DNA of 64,000 nucleotides from Nannocystis bainbridge (GTDB lineage Bacteria; Myxococcota_A; Polyangia; Nannocystales; Nannocystaceae): NCBI RefSeq assembly GCF_028368995.1, contig NZ_JAQNDL010000001.1, positions 4,472,531 to 4,536,530 of the forward strand, read 5' to 3'. Shown piece by piece: positions 29,757 to 39,210 of this stretch (position 1 is its first letter; each line of letters starts with the position of its first letter). The notes under the pieces were generated by a model. It saw only the letters and a program-made list of their open reading frames with translations, ran no database searches and was not told where the DNA came from. The position numbers and the translations under genes were made by a program.

Positions 29757-31661
29757 TTACTCGGCGGCGGCGCGGTCGTCTCCGCGGTGGAGGCGGAGGG
29801 TCTCTTCGCTCAGCTCGCGGATCGCCGGGCTGTCGGCCAGGCCGTTCTCGAGCAGCTCGCTGAACTCGCCGTCGAGCAGGCGGCGGGCGGTGGCGTAGCG
29901 GTCGCGGTCGTCGTTGGAGCGGATCGCCCGGAAGCGGTCGGCGATCCGGCGGCGGGTCTGGCAGGCGAAGGCGTCCGCGAGCTCGACCGCGGCTGTCCCT
30001 TCGGGCAGGCCGGTGCGCTGGAGGACCTGGGCGCGGCTGATCGCCGCCGTCATGGCGAACAGGTCGGCGCCGATGTCGACGCAGCGGAACAGCAGGGCCT
30101 GGCGCTTCTCGAGGCTCGCGCCCTTGGCGACCATGAGGTGGAAGATCGTGCGCGAGAGGCGTCGGGTGGTGCGCTCGCACCAGCGGACGTGAGGCGCGAG
30201 CGCGCCGAACTCGGAGTAGCGCGGCCAGCGGCCCCAGCCGAGCCAGCGCGTCGGATACCAGCCGGCGTAGAACGCCCCGACCTGCGGCAGTTTGGCCAGC
30301 TTCTGCTTCATCGGCACCTTCGCGTCGACCAAATCGCCCGCCACCGCGAGGTGACGGTCCAGTGCTTCGCGGGCGATGAAGAGGTGCAAGATCTCCGAAG
30401 AGCCCTCGAAGATCAGGTTGATTCGGAAGTCGCGCATCATGCGTTCGACCGGGATCGGCGGCTCGCCGCGGGCCGCGAGCGACTGGCTGGTCTCGTAGCC
30501 GCGGCCGCCGCGGATCTGCAGCGTGCGGTCGATGATCTTCCAGCCCTCCTCGCTGTTCCACATCTTGGCGACGGCGGCCTCGAGGCGGATGTCGCGGTCG
30601 CCGAGGTCGGCCATCGACGAGGCGAGGTCGCTCAGCGCGTCCATGGCGAAGGTCGTCGCCGCCATGTCGGTGAGCAGCTGCGCGATCGCGTCGTGCTTGC
30701 CGATCGCCTGGCCCCACTGCACCCGATGGTTGGCCCACTGGCGGCAGATCTCGATCGCGCGCTTGCTGGCGGCCGCGCACGAGGCGGGCAAGGTGAGGCG
30801 GCCCGTGTTGAGGGTGACGAGCGCGAGCTTGAGGCCGCGGCCCTCCTCCCACAGCAGGTTCTCCTTGGGCACGTGGACGCCGGTGAAGCGGATGACGGCG
30901 TTCTCGATGGCGCGCAGGCCCATGAAGCGGCAGCGCTGGACGACCTCGACGCCGGGCCAGTCGCGCTCGACGATGAAGGCGGAGATCTTGCCGGTGTCGG
31001 GGTGCCGGGCCATGACGACGTAGAGCTCGGCGATGGTGCCGTTGGTGCACCACAACTTCTCGCCGTTGAGGATGTAGTCGCCGCCCTCGGTGCGCTCGGC
31101 GGTGGTGTGCAGGTTGCCGGGATCGGAGCCGACGTCGCGCTCGGTGAGGGCGAAGGCGGACACGGCCCCGCGGGCGCACCGGGGCAGGTACTTGGCCTTC
31201 TGGGCGTCGGTGCCGAACAGCTTGACCGGCTGCGGCACGCCGATCGATTGATGCGCGGACAGCAGGGCGACGAGGTTGCCGTCCTGGCTGGTGATGAGCT
31301 TGATGACCTCGCAGTACTCGCGCTGGGTGAAGCCGAGGCCGCCGTACTCGACGGGGATCTTCATGCCGAAGGCGCCCATGGCCGCGAGCTTGTCGATGAC
31401 TTCCTGGGGGATCTGGCCGTCGCGGTCGATGGCCTCGGAGTCGACCTCGTCGGCGAGGAAGCGCCGCATCCGCTCGTAAAAGGCGCGGAAGGTCGGGCGC
31501 TCGGGCGGGACGTCCGGGAACGGGTGCACGAGGTCGAGCCGGAAGTTGCCGAGGAACAGCTCCTTGAGGAAGGAGGGCGCGCTCCACTCGGTCTCGCGGG
31601 ACTCCTCGGCGACCTGGCGCGCCTCGGCTTCGGTAAACGTCTTCGCGGGGCGAGTCGTCAT
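29757..31661 (-). CDS. Acyl-CoA dehydrogenase (VLCAD/ACAD9-like)
   Basis: SAHQSIG, AFALTE..VGSD, NGEKLWCTNG, LNTGR, QIRGGRGYE, IFEGSSEI. Confidence 0.94.
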   Translation of the reverse strand: MTTRPAKTFTEAEARQVAEESRETEWSAPSFLKELFLGNFRLDLVHPFPDVPPERPTFRAFYERMRRFLADEVDSEAIDRDGQIPQEVIDKLAAMGAFGMKIPVEYGGLGFTQREYCEVIKLITSQDGNLVALLSAHQSIGVPQPVKLFGTDAQKAKYLPRCARGAVSAFALTERDVGSDPGNLHTTAERTEGGDYILNGEKLWCTNGTIAELYVVMARHPDTGKISAFIVERDWPGVEVVQRCRFMGLRAIENAVIRFTGVHVPKENLLWEEGRGLKLALVTLNTGRLTLPASCAAASKRAIEICRQWANHRVQWGQAIGKHDAIAQLLTDMAATTFAMDALSDLASSMADLGDRDIRLEAAVAKMWNSEEGWKIIDRTLQIRGGRGYETSQSLAARGEPPIPVERMMRDFRINLIFEGSSEILHLFIAREALDRHLAVAGDLVDAKVPMKQKLAKLPQVGAFYAGWYPTRWLGWGRWPRYSEFGALAPHVRWCERTTRRLSRTIFHLMVAKGASLEKRQALLFRCVDIGADLFAMTAAISRAQVLQRTGLPEGTAAVELADAFACQTRRRIADRFRAIRSNDDRDRYATARRLLDGEFSELLENGLADSPAIRELSEETLRLHRGDDRAAAE

Positions 31662-31851
31662 GCCGCGAGTCTGATCGCACTTGCGCAGGCTCGCCCCGGC
31701 GCCCCGAGCGCTCACGGCCTGGCGGGCAGAAGCAGACCCGTGCGGCTGCGGGCTTTGCGCCGGTCGGCGCGGCGGGCAGGGCGGCGCGTGGCGTGTGCAC
31801 CCGCTCGTGCGCCGCGATCTGCCACAGGCGCTCGCGGCGTTTCGCCACGGC

Positions 31852-31880
31852 TGTCCGCGAGGACATGTCTGATGGGACAG
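31852..31880. repeat. Two tandem TGTCC-N4-GGACA units
   Basis: TGTCCgcgaGGACA-TGTCTgatgGGACA. Confidence 0.85.
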
Positions 31881-31939
31881 TGACTCCAGGGATTGCTCGG
31901 GTTTCGGGGCTGGCCCGCGAGGTGATAATAGAGGCGCTC

Positions 31940-33004
31940 ATGCGTAGCTTGATGGTCTCTTGTTTGGCGCTGCTCGCCGCCTGCCCGGGCGACGAGGCGA
32001 CGTCTGTCTCTTCGGCCAGTTCGACGGCCGATCCGCCGAGCACCGGCGGGCCGGCGACGGACGCGAGCACCGGGGGGACGCCGACGACCGGCGCGACGGA
32101 GGCGAGCACCACGGACGCGATCACGTCGGAGGCGAGCACCGCGGAGGCCCCGACGAGCACGACGGGCGAGGCCGGAGTGGCGGGGCTCGAGTTGATGCAG
32201 CGGCTGGCGGGCTTGTGGAGCGGGCCGGCCTCGATGACGCCGCTGGGGACGTTCCCGCTGCTGAACATGGACCTGCGCGCGGCTTCGGGGCAGGTGCTGT
32301 TCAGCCGCGTGGACCTCGACGCGAACAACAGCCTGCGGTTCGCGTTCGCGGTCGAGGACCACGGGTCGGGGCCGACGCTGGTGTACCGCAACGGCGGTTA
32401 TTTCCTGGGGATGCTCCGCGACTCGCGGGCGGCGCTGACGGAGCACACGGACTCGAGCTGGCGGTTCTGCTCGGTCACGAAGGGCTGCGAGTACATCGAC
32501 GCGACGTTCGCGTTCGACGGCGAGGACCACGTGATCCTCGACGTGAAGGTGAAGGGGATCCAGCACGTGTACTGGGACGCGCTGCGCGAGGAGACGCGGG
32601 CGCTGCCGGAGCCGTTCCCGGCCGAGGCGCCGCCGCTGGCCCCCGACGCGCCGTTCCCGACGATGCCGAGCCTGAAGGTCGATGTGTCGTGGGCGGAGCC
32701 GCTGGCGGTGGACGGCGGGGTGTGGGCGATCGTGACGACCGAGCCGTGCGACCTGCAGTTCACCTGCAAGCACAGCCGCTCCCTGCTGGCTTCGGCGCCG
32801 GCAGGGGCGACTTCGGCGTCGCTGACGATGGAGCAGATCCACACGGGGCCGTACAAGCTGACGGTGGTGCTCGACCGCAACGGGAACATGGACGAGACGC
32901 TGTTCCCGGACGCGGGCGACGGAGTGTCGCTGCCGAACCAGGCGGTGATGGTGGCGCCGGCAGGCGAGACGAGCGTGAAGACGGCGATCGTCGTCGATCT
33001 TTGA
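31940..33004 (+). CDS. Putative lipoprotein of unknown function
   Basis: GAGG RBS; MRSLMVSCLALLAAC lipobox; T/S-rich linker followed by globular domains. Confidence 0.82.
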   Translation: MRSLMVSCLALLAACPGDEATSVSSASSTADPPSTGGPATDASTGGTPTTGATEASTTDAITSEASTAEAPTSTTGEAGVAGLELMQRLAGLWSGPASMTPLGTFPLLNMDLRAASGQVLFSRVDLDANNSLRFAFAVEDHGSGPTLVYRNGGYFLGMLRDSRAALTEHTDSSWRFCSVTKGCEYIDATFAFDGEDHVILDVKVKGIQHVYWDALREETRALPEPFPAEAPPLAPDAPFPTMPSLKVDVSWAEPLAVDGGVWAIVTTEPCDLQFTCKHSRSLLASAPAGATSASLTMEQIHTGPYKLTVVLDRNGNMDETLFPDAGDGVSLPNQAVMVAPAGETSVKTAIVVDL

Positions 33005-33010
33005 ACGTTG

Positions 33011-33062
33011 GGACATGTTCAAGGGGGCATGTCCTGATGGGCATGTCCTGTCGGGCATGTTC
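33011..33062. repeat. Tandem 14-bp array
   Basis: CATG at 33014, 33028, 33042 and 33056. Confidence 0.9.
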
Positions 33063-33169
33063 TTTGATGCGATCCGGGTCGGGATCCGCCGGGGCATGGC
33101 CGGGGTCGGGCTCGCGGATGAATCGAAGCGGGCGCGGCTGCCCGGTCCTTCGGGGCGGCAGGAGGTGCT

Positions 33170-34117
33170 ATGCTCGCGCGCGTGTCGCCCGAGGTCCTGC
33201 GGCTCGCCGCCTTGCTCGAAGAGTCGCTCCGCGCGCTGGCCGAGGTGCCGCTGGCGGAGCTGGTCGCGGGGCGAGCGCTGCCGGAGCCGAGCGCGGCGCT
33301 GGTGGAGCACCTGCGGGCCCACCGGGCGGGGCTGGCGGGCTGGCTGCGCACGCCGGCCTGCGCCGAGGCGCTGTGCGTGCGGCTGGCCCGGTGGCTGTGG
33401 AGCCGCAACCAGTACGTGCGCCTCGATCGCGCGGCGCTGACGGCGGCGTGCGCCCGGGCGGCCGAGGCGCTGGCCGAGGGGCTCGAGGGCGAAGCTGATC
33501 CGAAGGACATGTCCGAACGGCTAGTACGCACGGGACAGGAGCTGCAGGCCCGGGTGGCGGCGCTGGTCCGCGCGGGCGGGGGCAAGACGGACGTGGTCTG
33601 CAGCGAGTACGCGGTGACGCTGCAGCGCGACGCGCTCGGGCTCGGCGACGCGCCGCTGGCAGCGCCGGTGCTCGACGTCGGCTGCGGGGCGTCGGCAGGG
33701 TTCGTGCGCGCGCTGCGAGCGGAAGGGGTGGCGGCGACCGGGCTCGACCGCGAGGCGCCAGAGGACGTGGCGCTGGTGGGCGACTGGTTGAGCTTCCCGT
33801 TCGGGCAGGATCGCTGGGGCACGATCGTGTCGCACCAGGCGTTCTCGCTCCACTTCGTGCATCAACACCTGGCGCAGGGGCCGGAGGCGTACGCGTACGC
33901 GCGGGTGTACATGGCGATGCTGCGAGCGCTGAAGCCGGGCGGGCGGCTGGTGTACGCGCCAGGGCTGCCGTTCGTCGAGGGGATGCTGCCGAAGGCGACG
34001 TACCGCTGCACGCGAGTGCCGCTGCCAGAGGCGATGATGAGCGAGGCGGTGCACGCGCTCGAGCGCGCGGCCGGGTTCGAGCTGGCGTACGCAGCCCACG
34101 TGGAGCGGCTGGCCTGA
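33170..34117 (+). CDS. Class I SAM-dependent methyltransferase
   Basis: GGAGG RBS; VLDVGCG, GLD, ALKPGG motifs. Confidence 0.85.
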   Translation: MLARVSPEVLRLAALLEESLRALAEVPLAELVAGRALPEPSAALVEHLRAHRAGLAGWLRTPACAEALCVRLARWLWSRNQYVRLDRAALTAACARAAEALAEGLEGEADPKDMSERLVRTGQELQARVAALVRAGGGKTDVVCSEYAVTLQRDALGLGDAPLAAPVLDVGCGASAGFVRALRAEGVAATGLDREAPEDVALVGDWLSFPFGQDRWGTIVSHQAFSLHFVHQHLAQGPEAYAYARVYMAMLRALKPGGRLVYAPGLPFVEGMLPKATYRCTRVPLPEAMMSEAVHALERAAGFELAYAAHVERLA

Positions 34118-34138
34118 GGTTCGTGGTAGCCTCCGGCT

Positions 34139-35458
34139 GTGGGGATCCGCGAGGAGCGTCGCCGCCTGCCGATCGTGGCGTTGGCCCCGCCGACGCGCTC
34201 CCGCAGGGCGCTGCCGATCGCGGCCGGTCAGGCCCCGGTGCCGCGGATCGTGGTGTGGGAGTTCACGAGCGCGTGCGACCAACACTGCGCCCACTGCGGG
34301 CCGCGCTCGGGCAAGCGACGGCGCGATGAGCTGACGACCGAGGAGGCGCTGCGCCTGTGCGACGAGCTGGCGGCGGCCGGGGTCGGCGAGGTGACGCTGA
34401 TCGGGGGGGAGGCGTACCTGCGCCCGGACGTGCTGCAGATCGTGCGAGCGATCCGCGAGCGCGGGATGAGCTGCACGATGACGACCGGCGGCTACAGCCT
34501 GACGGCCGAGATCGCGGAGGCGCTGGTCGAGGCGGGGGTGCAGAGCGTGTCGGTGTCGATCGACGGATTGGCGGCCTGCCACGACGCGCTGCGGGGGCGA
34601 CCGAAGAGCTTCGAGCGGGCGTTCGCGGCGCTGCGCCACCTGAAGGCGGCAGGCTCACAGGTGTCGGCGAACACGCAGATCAACACGAGGACGCTGCCGG
34701 ACCTGGAGGGGCTGCTCGAGCTGCTGGCGCCGGAGGGGATCCACAGCTGGCAGGTGCAGGTGACGATGGCGCACGGGGCAGCGGCGGACCACCCGGAGAT
34801 CTTGCTGCAGCCGTACGAGATGCTGGCGGCGTACGAGGTGGTGGAGCGGCTGCTGGCCCGCTGCGAGGCGCTGGGGATCCGTCTGTACCCGGGCAACAGC
34901 CTGGGATACTTCGGTCCGCTCGAGCACCGGCTGCGCCGCAACTCGACGCAGCGCGGGCACTACTTCGGCTGTCAGGCGGGGATCTCGGGGGCGGCGGTGT
35001 CGAGCCACGGCGAGGTGAAGAGCTGCCCGAGCCTGGGGGATGAAGGGGTGGGCGGGTCGTGGCGCGAGCACGGGTTCGCGGCGCTGTGGGAGCGCGCGCC
35101 GGAGATCGTGTACATGCGCCAGCGGACCCGCGCGGAGCTGTGGGGGCTGTGCGCGAGCTGCTACTACGCGGCGGTGTGCATGGGCGGCTGCACTTCGATG
35201 AGCGAGCCGCTGCTCGGCCGCCCGGGCAACAACCCGATGTGCCACCACCGAGCGCTCGAGCTCGACCGCCAGGGGCTGCGTGAACGCATCGAGCCGGTCC
35301 GCGCTGCGCCAGGGCAGCCGTTCGACCACGGGCTGTTCCGGCTGATCCGCGAGCACAAGGACCCGGAGCAGCGGGCGCTCCACGGGCCGGTTCACGTCGA
35401 CGAGCCGCGGAGGTCCCGGGTCGAGGAGCCGCGCGGGTCAGGCTCGCCGCTCGAGTGA
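34139..35458 (+). CDS. Radical SAM/SPASM peptide maturase, PlpX (splicease)-like
   Basis: VWEFTSACDQHCAHCG (CxxxCxxC), EVTLIGGEAYLRPD, MTTGG, SVSIDG, GCQAG, VKSCPSL, LWGLCASCYYAAVCMGGC, GNNPMCHHRAL. Confidence 0.9.
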   Translation: MGIREERRRLPIVALAPPTRSRRALPIAAGQAPVPRIVVWEFTSACDQHCAHCGPRSGKRRRDELTTEEALRLCDELAAAGVGEVTLIGGEAYLRPDVLQIVRAIRERGMSCTMTTGGYSLTAEIAEALVEAGVQSVSVSIDGLAACHDALRGRPKSFERAFAALRHLKAAGSQVSANTQINTRTLPDLEGLLELLAPEGIHSWQVQVTMAHGAAADHPEILLQPYEMLAAYEVVERLLARCEALGIRLYPGNSLGYFGPLEHRLRRNSTQRGHYFGCQAGISGAAVSSHGEVKSCPSLGDEGVGGSWREHGFAALWERAPEIVYMRQRTRAELWGLCASCYYAAVCMGGCTSMSEPLLGRPGNNPMCHHRALELDRQGLRERIEPVRAAPGQPFDHGLFRLIREHKDPEQRALHGPVHVDEPRRSRVEEPRGSGSPLE

Positions 35459-35470
35459 GGGCTGGGCTTC

Positions 35471-35546
35471 AGGACATGTCCTGAAGAATGTCGAGTTTCG
35501 AGATGGTCGCGAGGACATGTCTGACGCGACATGTCCTCAGGGACAA
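35471..35546. repeat. TGTCC-N4-GGACA cluster between rSAM and YG-protein stops
   Basis: GGACATGTCC at about 35472; GGACATGTCTgacgCGACATGTCCtcagGGACA at about 35513-35545. Confidence 0.85.
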
Positions 35547-35555
35547 TCAGGACGG

Positions 35556-36134
35556 TCAGTGCAGGTCGTCGATCTGGGCCGGCGGGGCGCCGTAGGGCAG
35601 CGGCAGGGTGTCGAAGGTGTCGTTGGTGGTCGAGTCGGTGTCGGTGCCCGTGCTCGTGGTGGTGGTGCCGTCGGTGTCGAGGGTGGTGGTGCCCTCGGTG
35701 TCGCCGGTGGTGGTGGTGGTGTCGAGGGTGGTGGTGCCGTCGGTGTCGAGGGTGGTGGTGCCCTCGCTGGTGACGGTGGCGCTGTCGGAGGCGGTCTCGG
35801 TCGGGTCGCCCGGGCCAGTCGTCGAGGCGCCGGTGGTGGCCGAGGTGCCGGTGTCACTGGCAGTGCCGGTGTCGCTGACCGTGCCGGTGTCCGTGGTGGT
35901 GACGGGCTCCTGGGTGGTCTGCGTCCCCTGCGAGGTGCCGCTGTCGCTGCCGTCGCTGTCGCTGCCGACCGTCTCGTTCTTCGACGGCTCGGAGCAGGCG
36001 GTGAGGCCGAGGCCGAGCACCGCGCCGAGCACGAGGGCGGGGAACGTCGGGGCCGAACGCAGCGGCGCGGCGCAGAAGCAGCAGGTGGCGACGTCGCCCA
36101 GGATGTGACGGGAGCACGCGGGACAGAGCTGCAC
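35556..36134 (-). CDS. Zn-ribbon plus lipobox protein with Thr/Asp-rich repeats and C-terminal YG motif (candidate splicease substrate)
   Basis: GTG start; CPACSRH..CCFC, LVLGAVLGLGLTAC, DTDGTTT repeats, ends ...LPLPYGAPPAQIDDLH. Confidence 0.8.
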   Translation of the reverse strand: MQLCPACSRHILGDVATCCFCAAPLRSAPTFPALVLGAVLGLGLTACSEPSKNETVGSDSDGSDSGTSQGTQTTQEPVTTTDTGTVSDTGTASDTGTSATTGASTTGPGDPTETASDSATVTSEGTTTLDTDGTTTLDTTTTTGDTEGTTTLDTDGTTTTSTGTDTDSTTNDTFDTLPLPYGAPPAQIDDLH

Positions 36135-36343
36135 GGGGGCAGCATAGGCGAGTTCGCGGGCGCCGAGTAGACCGCGCGATCGTCGGCGAGCGCGGGATGA
36201 GAGGAATGCCGGCTGCGCGCAGCGCGAGCTACGAGCGCGATGGGGAGGTTCGCACGCGCCACGGTCGAGCACGCTCGCGGCTCCCAGGCCGGAGCGGCGA
36301 GGGAGCCCCCGACCCGGGCGGACTCGCGCGGAGGCGAATCAGA

Positions 36344-36404
36344 TGTCCCGCGGGACAGGTGGCGAGGTTTCGTGATGTCCTCGAGGACATGTCCTCGAGG
36401 GCAT
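36344..36404. repeat. TGTCC-N4-GGACA monomer plus tandem pair
   Basis: TGTCCcgcgGGACA; TGTCCtcgaGGACA-TGTCCtcgaGGGCA. Confidence 0.88.
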
Positions 36405-36421
36405 ATCGACGCGCAGCGCGC

Positions 36422-37150
36422 TCACGGGCACTCGGGCAGGGGGCCGTCCATGCAGGGCTCGAAGCCGGGGGGCGTGCAGCCGGAGGCGACGTCGAAGGCG
36501 AGGGCGGGCTGGTCGAGTGGGCAGACGGTGACGACGGCGGGCGGGCAGGGCGGCTGCAGCTTGTCGCAGGCGAGGAACTGCGGGGCGTCGAAGTCGGCGC
36601 AGAGCATCATGTCCTGTTCGACGTGGGGGGCACCGAAGTGGGCGGTGCAGTTGGGATCGATGGCGCACTCGGCCTCGTTGACTCCGAGGCAGTCCTCGCC
36701 GCACAGGGTGACCATGGTGGTGCAGGGCTCGAGGCCGGGCGGGATGCAGGTGTCGTCGAGCAGGTAGATCTCGAGGCTGTCGGGGCGGCAGGCGATGGTG
36801 GGCGTGGCGGCGCAGTCGGTCTGGACGATGCAGCCGAGGAAGGCCAGGTTGGGGGTGCAGCCGGGGAATTCGTAAGGGGTGCCGAGGACGGCGCGGCAGC
36901 CGGGTGTGGCGCTGCAGGCGAGCTCGTCGAGGTCGGCGCAGGCGAGGCCTTCGGTGGTGCTGCCGGTGGTCGGTTGCGCCTCGGTGGTGGTGCCGTCGGT
37001 CGTGGTGGTCTCGCTGGCGGTGCCCGTGGCGGTCGTGTCGGGCTCGACGGTCGAGGCGTCGCTGTCGCTGTCACCGCCCGAGTCCTTGGGATCGCCGACG
37101 ATCTGGCAGGCGGACAGGACGAGGAGGAGCGCAGGGTGGAAGAACCGCAT
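36422..37150 (-). CDS. Cys-rich lipoprotein with duplicated domain
   Basis: MRFFHPALLLVLSAC lipobox, T-rich linker, two Cys-rich repeats each ending in C.PPG.EPC. Confidence 0.82.
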   Translation of the reverse strand: MRFFHPALLLVLSACQIVGDPKDSGGDSDSDASTVEPDTTATGTASETTTTDGTTTEAQPTTGSTTEGLACADLDELACSATPGCRAVLGTPYEFPGCTPNLAFLGCIVQTDCAATPTIACRPDSLEIYLLDDTCIPPGLEPCTTMVTLCGEDCLGVNEAECAIDPNCTAHFGAPHVEQDMMLCADFDAPQFLACDKLQPPCPPAVVTVCPLDQPALAFDVASGCTPPGFEPCMDGPLPECP

Positions 37151-37361
37151 GGGCGCAAGCATAAGAGATGGGTCGCGCTCGCGGTTCGCGGAGGCTGTCC
37201 TTTGGGCAAGGTCGAGCTCGCCGGGGTGCGGGCAGGCGGCCGCAGGCGCGGGCTGCGAGGGGCGGTAGATCGCACTCGCGCGAGGGGCGCGAGGGCGCGC
37301 TCGCGGGACGCATGCGTGACGCGGCGGAGCGAGGCGGCGATCGGTGCATAATGCGGACACG

Positions 37362-38153
37362 ATGGCCACGTCCGAGTCCGCCCCGAGCGATGCCCCGTCT
37401 CACGCCGCCGAGGCGGCCCTCGCCGACGCCGAGCGGCGACTGGCAGCGCTGAGCGCCGAGCTGCAGGCGACGCGCGAGTCACTCGACCGCGAACGTTCGC
37501 AGCGCGCGGGGTGGGACCTCGAGCGCGGCGGGCTGCGGGGCGACCTGGCCGAGGCGCGCCGTCGACTCGACGCGGAGGCGCAAGCGCACGCGCAGACCCG
37601 CGGGGCGCACGACCTGATCGAGAGCCGGGTGGCGGCGGCGGAGACCGAGGTGGCCGACGCGCGGCGCGAGGCGAACCGTCAGCGCGAGCGCGGCGACAGG
37701 GCGCAGCGCGAGCTGGACGAGGCGCGCCGCGAGCTCGAGGCCGAACGCAGCAATCACCGGGCGACGCGCGAGCGGACGGAGGCGCTCGAGGGCGGGCGCG
37801 CGAAGGCAGGACAAGAGCTGACGAGCTTGCAGGCGCAGGTCGAGCGGGCGGTGGCGGACGCGAACGAGCTGCGGCTGAAGTTGACGGCCGATCAGACGGT
37901 GCTGCTCGAGGCCCAGGCGCGCTGCGAGGCGCAGGCGAAGGAGCTGACGCTGCTCGGCGAGCGAGCGGCGGCGGCGAAGCGCGCCCTGGCCGACGAGACA
38001 GGGGCGCACGCGGAGACGCGGCGCCGGCTCGAGGAGCTGCGGGAGTCGCTCCACGAGGACGAGCGCCGTCGCCAGCGCAAGACGATCGCGGGGGTGGTGG
38101 GCGGTGCAGCGCTCGGTGCGGCGCTGTTCCTGCGGCGCCGGCTCGGCGGGTGA
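37362..38153 (+). CDS. Coiled-coil protein with C-terminal membrane anchor
   Basis: E/R/A/L heptad-rich; ends TIAGVVGGAALGAALFLRRR. Confidence 0.75.
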   Translation: MATSESAPSDAPSHAAEAALADAERRLAALSAELQATRESLDRERSQRAGWDLERGGLRGDLAEARRRLDAEAQAHAQTRGAHDLIESRVAAAETEVADARREANRQRERGDRAQRELDEARRELEAERSNHRATRERTEALEGGRAKAGQELTSLQAQVERAVADANELRLKLTADQTVLLEAQARCEAQAKELTLLGERAAAAKRALADETGAHAETRRRLEELRESLHEDERRRQRKTIAGVVGGAALGAALFLRRRLGG

Positions 38154-38183
38154 GCGGGACGGCCGTCGCCGATAGTTATCTCG

Positions 38184-38300
38184 GGGACATGTCGTTCGGG
38201 ACATGTCCGGTTCGGCGGTGAGCGGGGCGGCCGTCGCCGATCGGTGAGGATCGATCGTTGTCTTGGAGACATGTCGTTGTGGACATGTCGTTTGGGACAT
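38184..38300. repeat. TGTCC-N4-GGACA arrays
   Basis: GGACATGTCGttcgGGACATGTCC and GAGACATGTCGttgtGGACATGTCGtttgGGACA between convergent genes. Confidence 0.88.
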
Positions 38301-38314
38301 CTATATTAAAGAAC

Positions 38315-39094
38315 TCAGCGGTTGAAGAACACAGGCAGCTCGGCGATGGGGACGAAGCCGAGGCGGGCGAGGATCGGGGCGGAGGTGTCGGCGCGGGCGT
38401 GGGTGGTGACGAGCTTCAGGCCGCGAGCGGCGGCGTGGCGGACGCGGGCGGCCAGGAGCGAGCGGTAGGCGCCGCGCGAGCGGTGGCCTTCGAGGATGAC
38501 GGCGCCGATGAGGAAGGCCGAGCGCGCGAGGGCGCTGTAGTTGCCGATGCCGACCGGCTCGCCGCCACGACTGGCGAGGAAGAAGTGGTTGCGATCGTCG
38601 GTGGGGTCGGCGAGGACCGAGCGCTGATAGGCGAGCAGCGGGGCCGGGTCGGTGTTCCAGCCGCGGCCTGTGACCTCGGCGTGGAGCTCGACGTTGTGAG
38701 GACCGACGCGCTCGACGAGGATGTCGTCGGCCTCGGGGATCTTCAGGGCGTCGATGGCGGCGGCCATGACGATGCAGGAGTCGCGGCGCAGGCCGCGGCG
38801 CGCGAGGCGATCGGCGAGGTCGAGGGGGCGGCAGTCGGGGGTGACGGTCCAGCGGAAGCGCAGGCCTTGGGCTTCGTACTGGGCGAGCGTGGCGTCGATG
38901 ACGGCCTCGACCTCGTGGTCGCCGAGGCGAGCGAAGGCGACCTCGTTGAAGCCGCCGCGGCGGAAGGAGGGCGTGAGGATCTGGAACCAGTCGGGGCGCT
39001 CGTAGACCTGGATGTCGGCGAAGCCGCCGCGCGCGAGGCGAGGCGAGACGAGGGCCTCGTGCAGGAGTTCGTCGCGGGTGAAGCCGGCGAGCAT
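38315..39094 (-). CDS. GNAT-family N-acetyltransferase
   Basis: HRSRGAYRSLL, TSAPILARLGF. ATG at 39094 within ORF 38315..40522. Confidence 0.87.
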   Translation of the reverse strand: MLAGFTRDELLHEALVSPRLARGGFADIQVYERPDWFQILTPSFRRGGFNEVAFARLGDHEVEAVIDATLAQYEAQGLRFRWTVTPDCRPLDLADRLARRGLRRDSCIVMAAAIDALKIPEADDILVERVGPHNVELHAEVTGRGWNTDPAPLLAYQRSVLADPTDDRNHFFLASRGGEPVGIGNYSALARSAFLIGAVILEGHRSRGAYRSLLAARVRHAAARGLKLVTTHARADTSAPILARLGFVPIAELPVFFNR

Positions 39095-39163
39095 GGGCGC
39101 AGGGTAGACGAATTCGGGGCGGCAGGCGCGGCCGGGCCGGCGGAGGTCGCGGCGCCCCGGCGT

Positions 39164-39200
39164 CACATGTCGGTGAGGACATGTCCATCGGGACATGTCG
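39164..39200. repeat. Tandem 14-bp array
   Basis: ACATGTCGgtgaGGACATGTCCatcgGGACATGTCG. Confidence 0.85.
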
Positions 39201-39210
39201 TGAGGGGCGC

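Noticed and set aside
35640-35770. GTGGTGGTG-rich DNA repeats as a separate element
   Set aside because: They are explained by the Thr-rich DTDGTTT coding repeats of the lipoprotein stalk.
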